Of a DNA stretch of 52,628 nucleotides, positions 52,166 through 52,628 are shown one piece after another. The notes under the pieces are model-generated. The model was not told where the DNA came from. It saw only the letters and a program-made list of their open reading frames with translations, and did no database searches. Each line of letters begins with the position of its first letter. The stretch's first letter is position 1. This DNA is from a virus (Duplodnaviria; Caudoviricetes), in IMG/VR virus record IMGVR_UViG_3300028840_002598, positions 1-52,628 of that record; one strand, written 5' to 3'. The position numbers were made by a program, and so were the translations under genes.

Positions 52166-52628
52166 ATGGCCGATGTCAACCTGGCGGCGATTGCCGCAAC
52201 CCTCGCCACCCTGTTCGAGGACCGGATCACCTCCCAGATCAACCGGTCCTGTGTCGCCCTCCAGCTCCTCCCCGTGGGACCTGGTGAGGGTAAGAATCTG
52301 CAATGGTCGATCCGCGTGGGCTCCGGTGTGGGCACCAAGATCGCGGACGGCGCGGACGTTCAGGCCGGCGATTACCTGAACGATGACAAAATTCCCGCGA
52401 GCCTCGATTACGGGACCTACCACGCCGCTTTCGCGGTGACCGGCAAGGCCCTGGCCGGCGCGCTCGCCACCGGCAACCCCGCCGAACTGGCCGCCCTGTT
52501 CGCCGATGAGCTGGGGGACGCGATCGAGCGCCTGGCCAAGGGGATCCAGCAAGCGCTCTATGACGGCGACGGCACCACGGACGCCATGTTCGGCCTGTGC
52601 GCCACCGGTGGACCGCTGGATCAAACCG
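52166..52628 (+). CDS. Major capsid protein, 5' part (continues at 145-731)
   Basis: AAGGAG RBS; MADVNLAAIAATLATLFEDRITSQINRS..., open through the end of the window. Confidence 0.85.
   Translation, partial: MADVNLAAIAATLATLFEDRITSQINRSCVALQLLPVGPGEGKNLQWSIRVGSGVGTKIADGADVQAGDYLNDDKIPASLDYGTYHAAFAVTGKALAGALATGNPAELAALFADELGDAIERLAKGIQQALYDGDGTTDAMFGLCATGGPLDQT
52485..52628. repeat. 144-bp exact terminal overlap (copy 2)
   Basis: Identical to 1-144. Confidence 0.97.

Noticed and set aside
1-52628. Stop-codon reassignment, tRNA genes, introns or inteins
   Set aside because: All three stops end genes with tight coupling under the standard code; no cloverleaf seen; TerL, portal and capsid have ordinary lengths

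Overview
The window is an apparently complete, circularly permuted 52,484-bp genome of a high-GC tailed phage with a contractile tail. Bases 1-144 repeat exactly at 52485-52628, inside the major capsid gene. All credible genes (about 85) lie on the + strand. Order on the circle: terS-like gene, small accessory genes, terL, portal, MuF minor head protein with a C-terminal HExxH extension plus a small downstream gene, scaffold, major capsid, neck, sheath, tube, -1 frameshifted chaperone, tape measure, baseplate, paralogous fibre/decoration genes, lysis (overlapping two-component spanin, holin-like protein, M23 endolysin; so a diderm host), YqaJ exonuclease plus partner, a DNA-modification cassette, Cro-like HTH, replication initiator, DnaC-like loader, amino-methyltransferase, RusA, many Zn-finger microproteins and YfdP/YfdQ. 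I saw no integrase, CI-type divergent repressor, tRNA, CRISPR or reverse transcriptase. Most interesting: (1) a promoter-led cassette of a stand-alone ScoMcrA-like head domain, a TGT/DpdA-fold enzyme with no preQ0 pathway and a C5 methyltransferase; (2) a dispersed cis-element system, with GACACAGGAG before about 12 start codons, often paired with GGCTCGAGCCC, and every CTCGAG I found lying in CTCGAGCCC; (3) six roughly helically phased GATCs just before the portal gene; (4) strong hexamer avoidance; (5) a probable MuF metallopeptidase toxin/immunity pair. All functional calls are by-eye motif recognition plus synteny. No searches were run and counts are manual.
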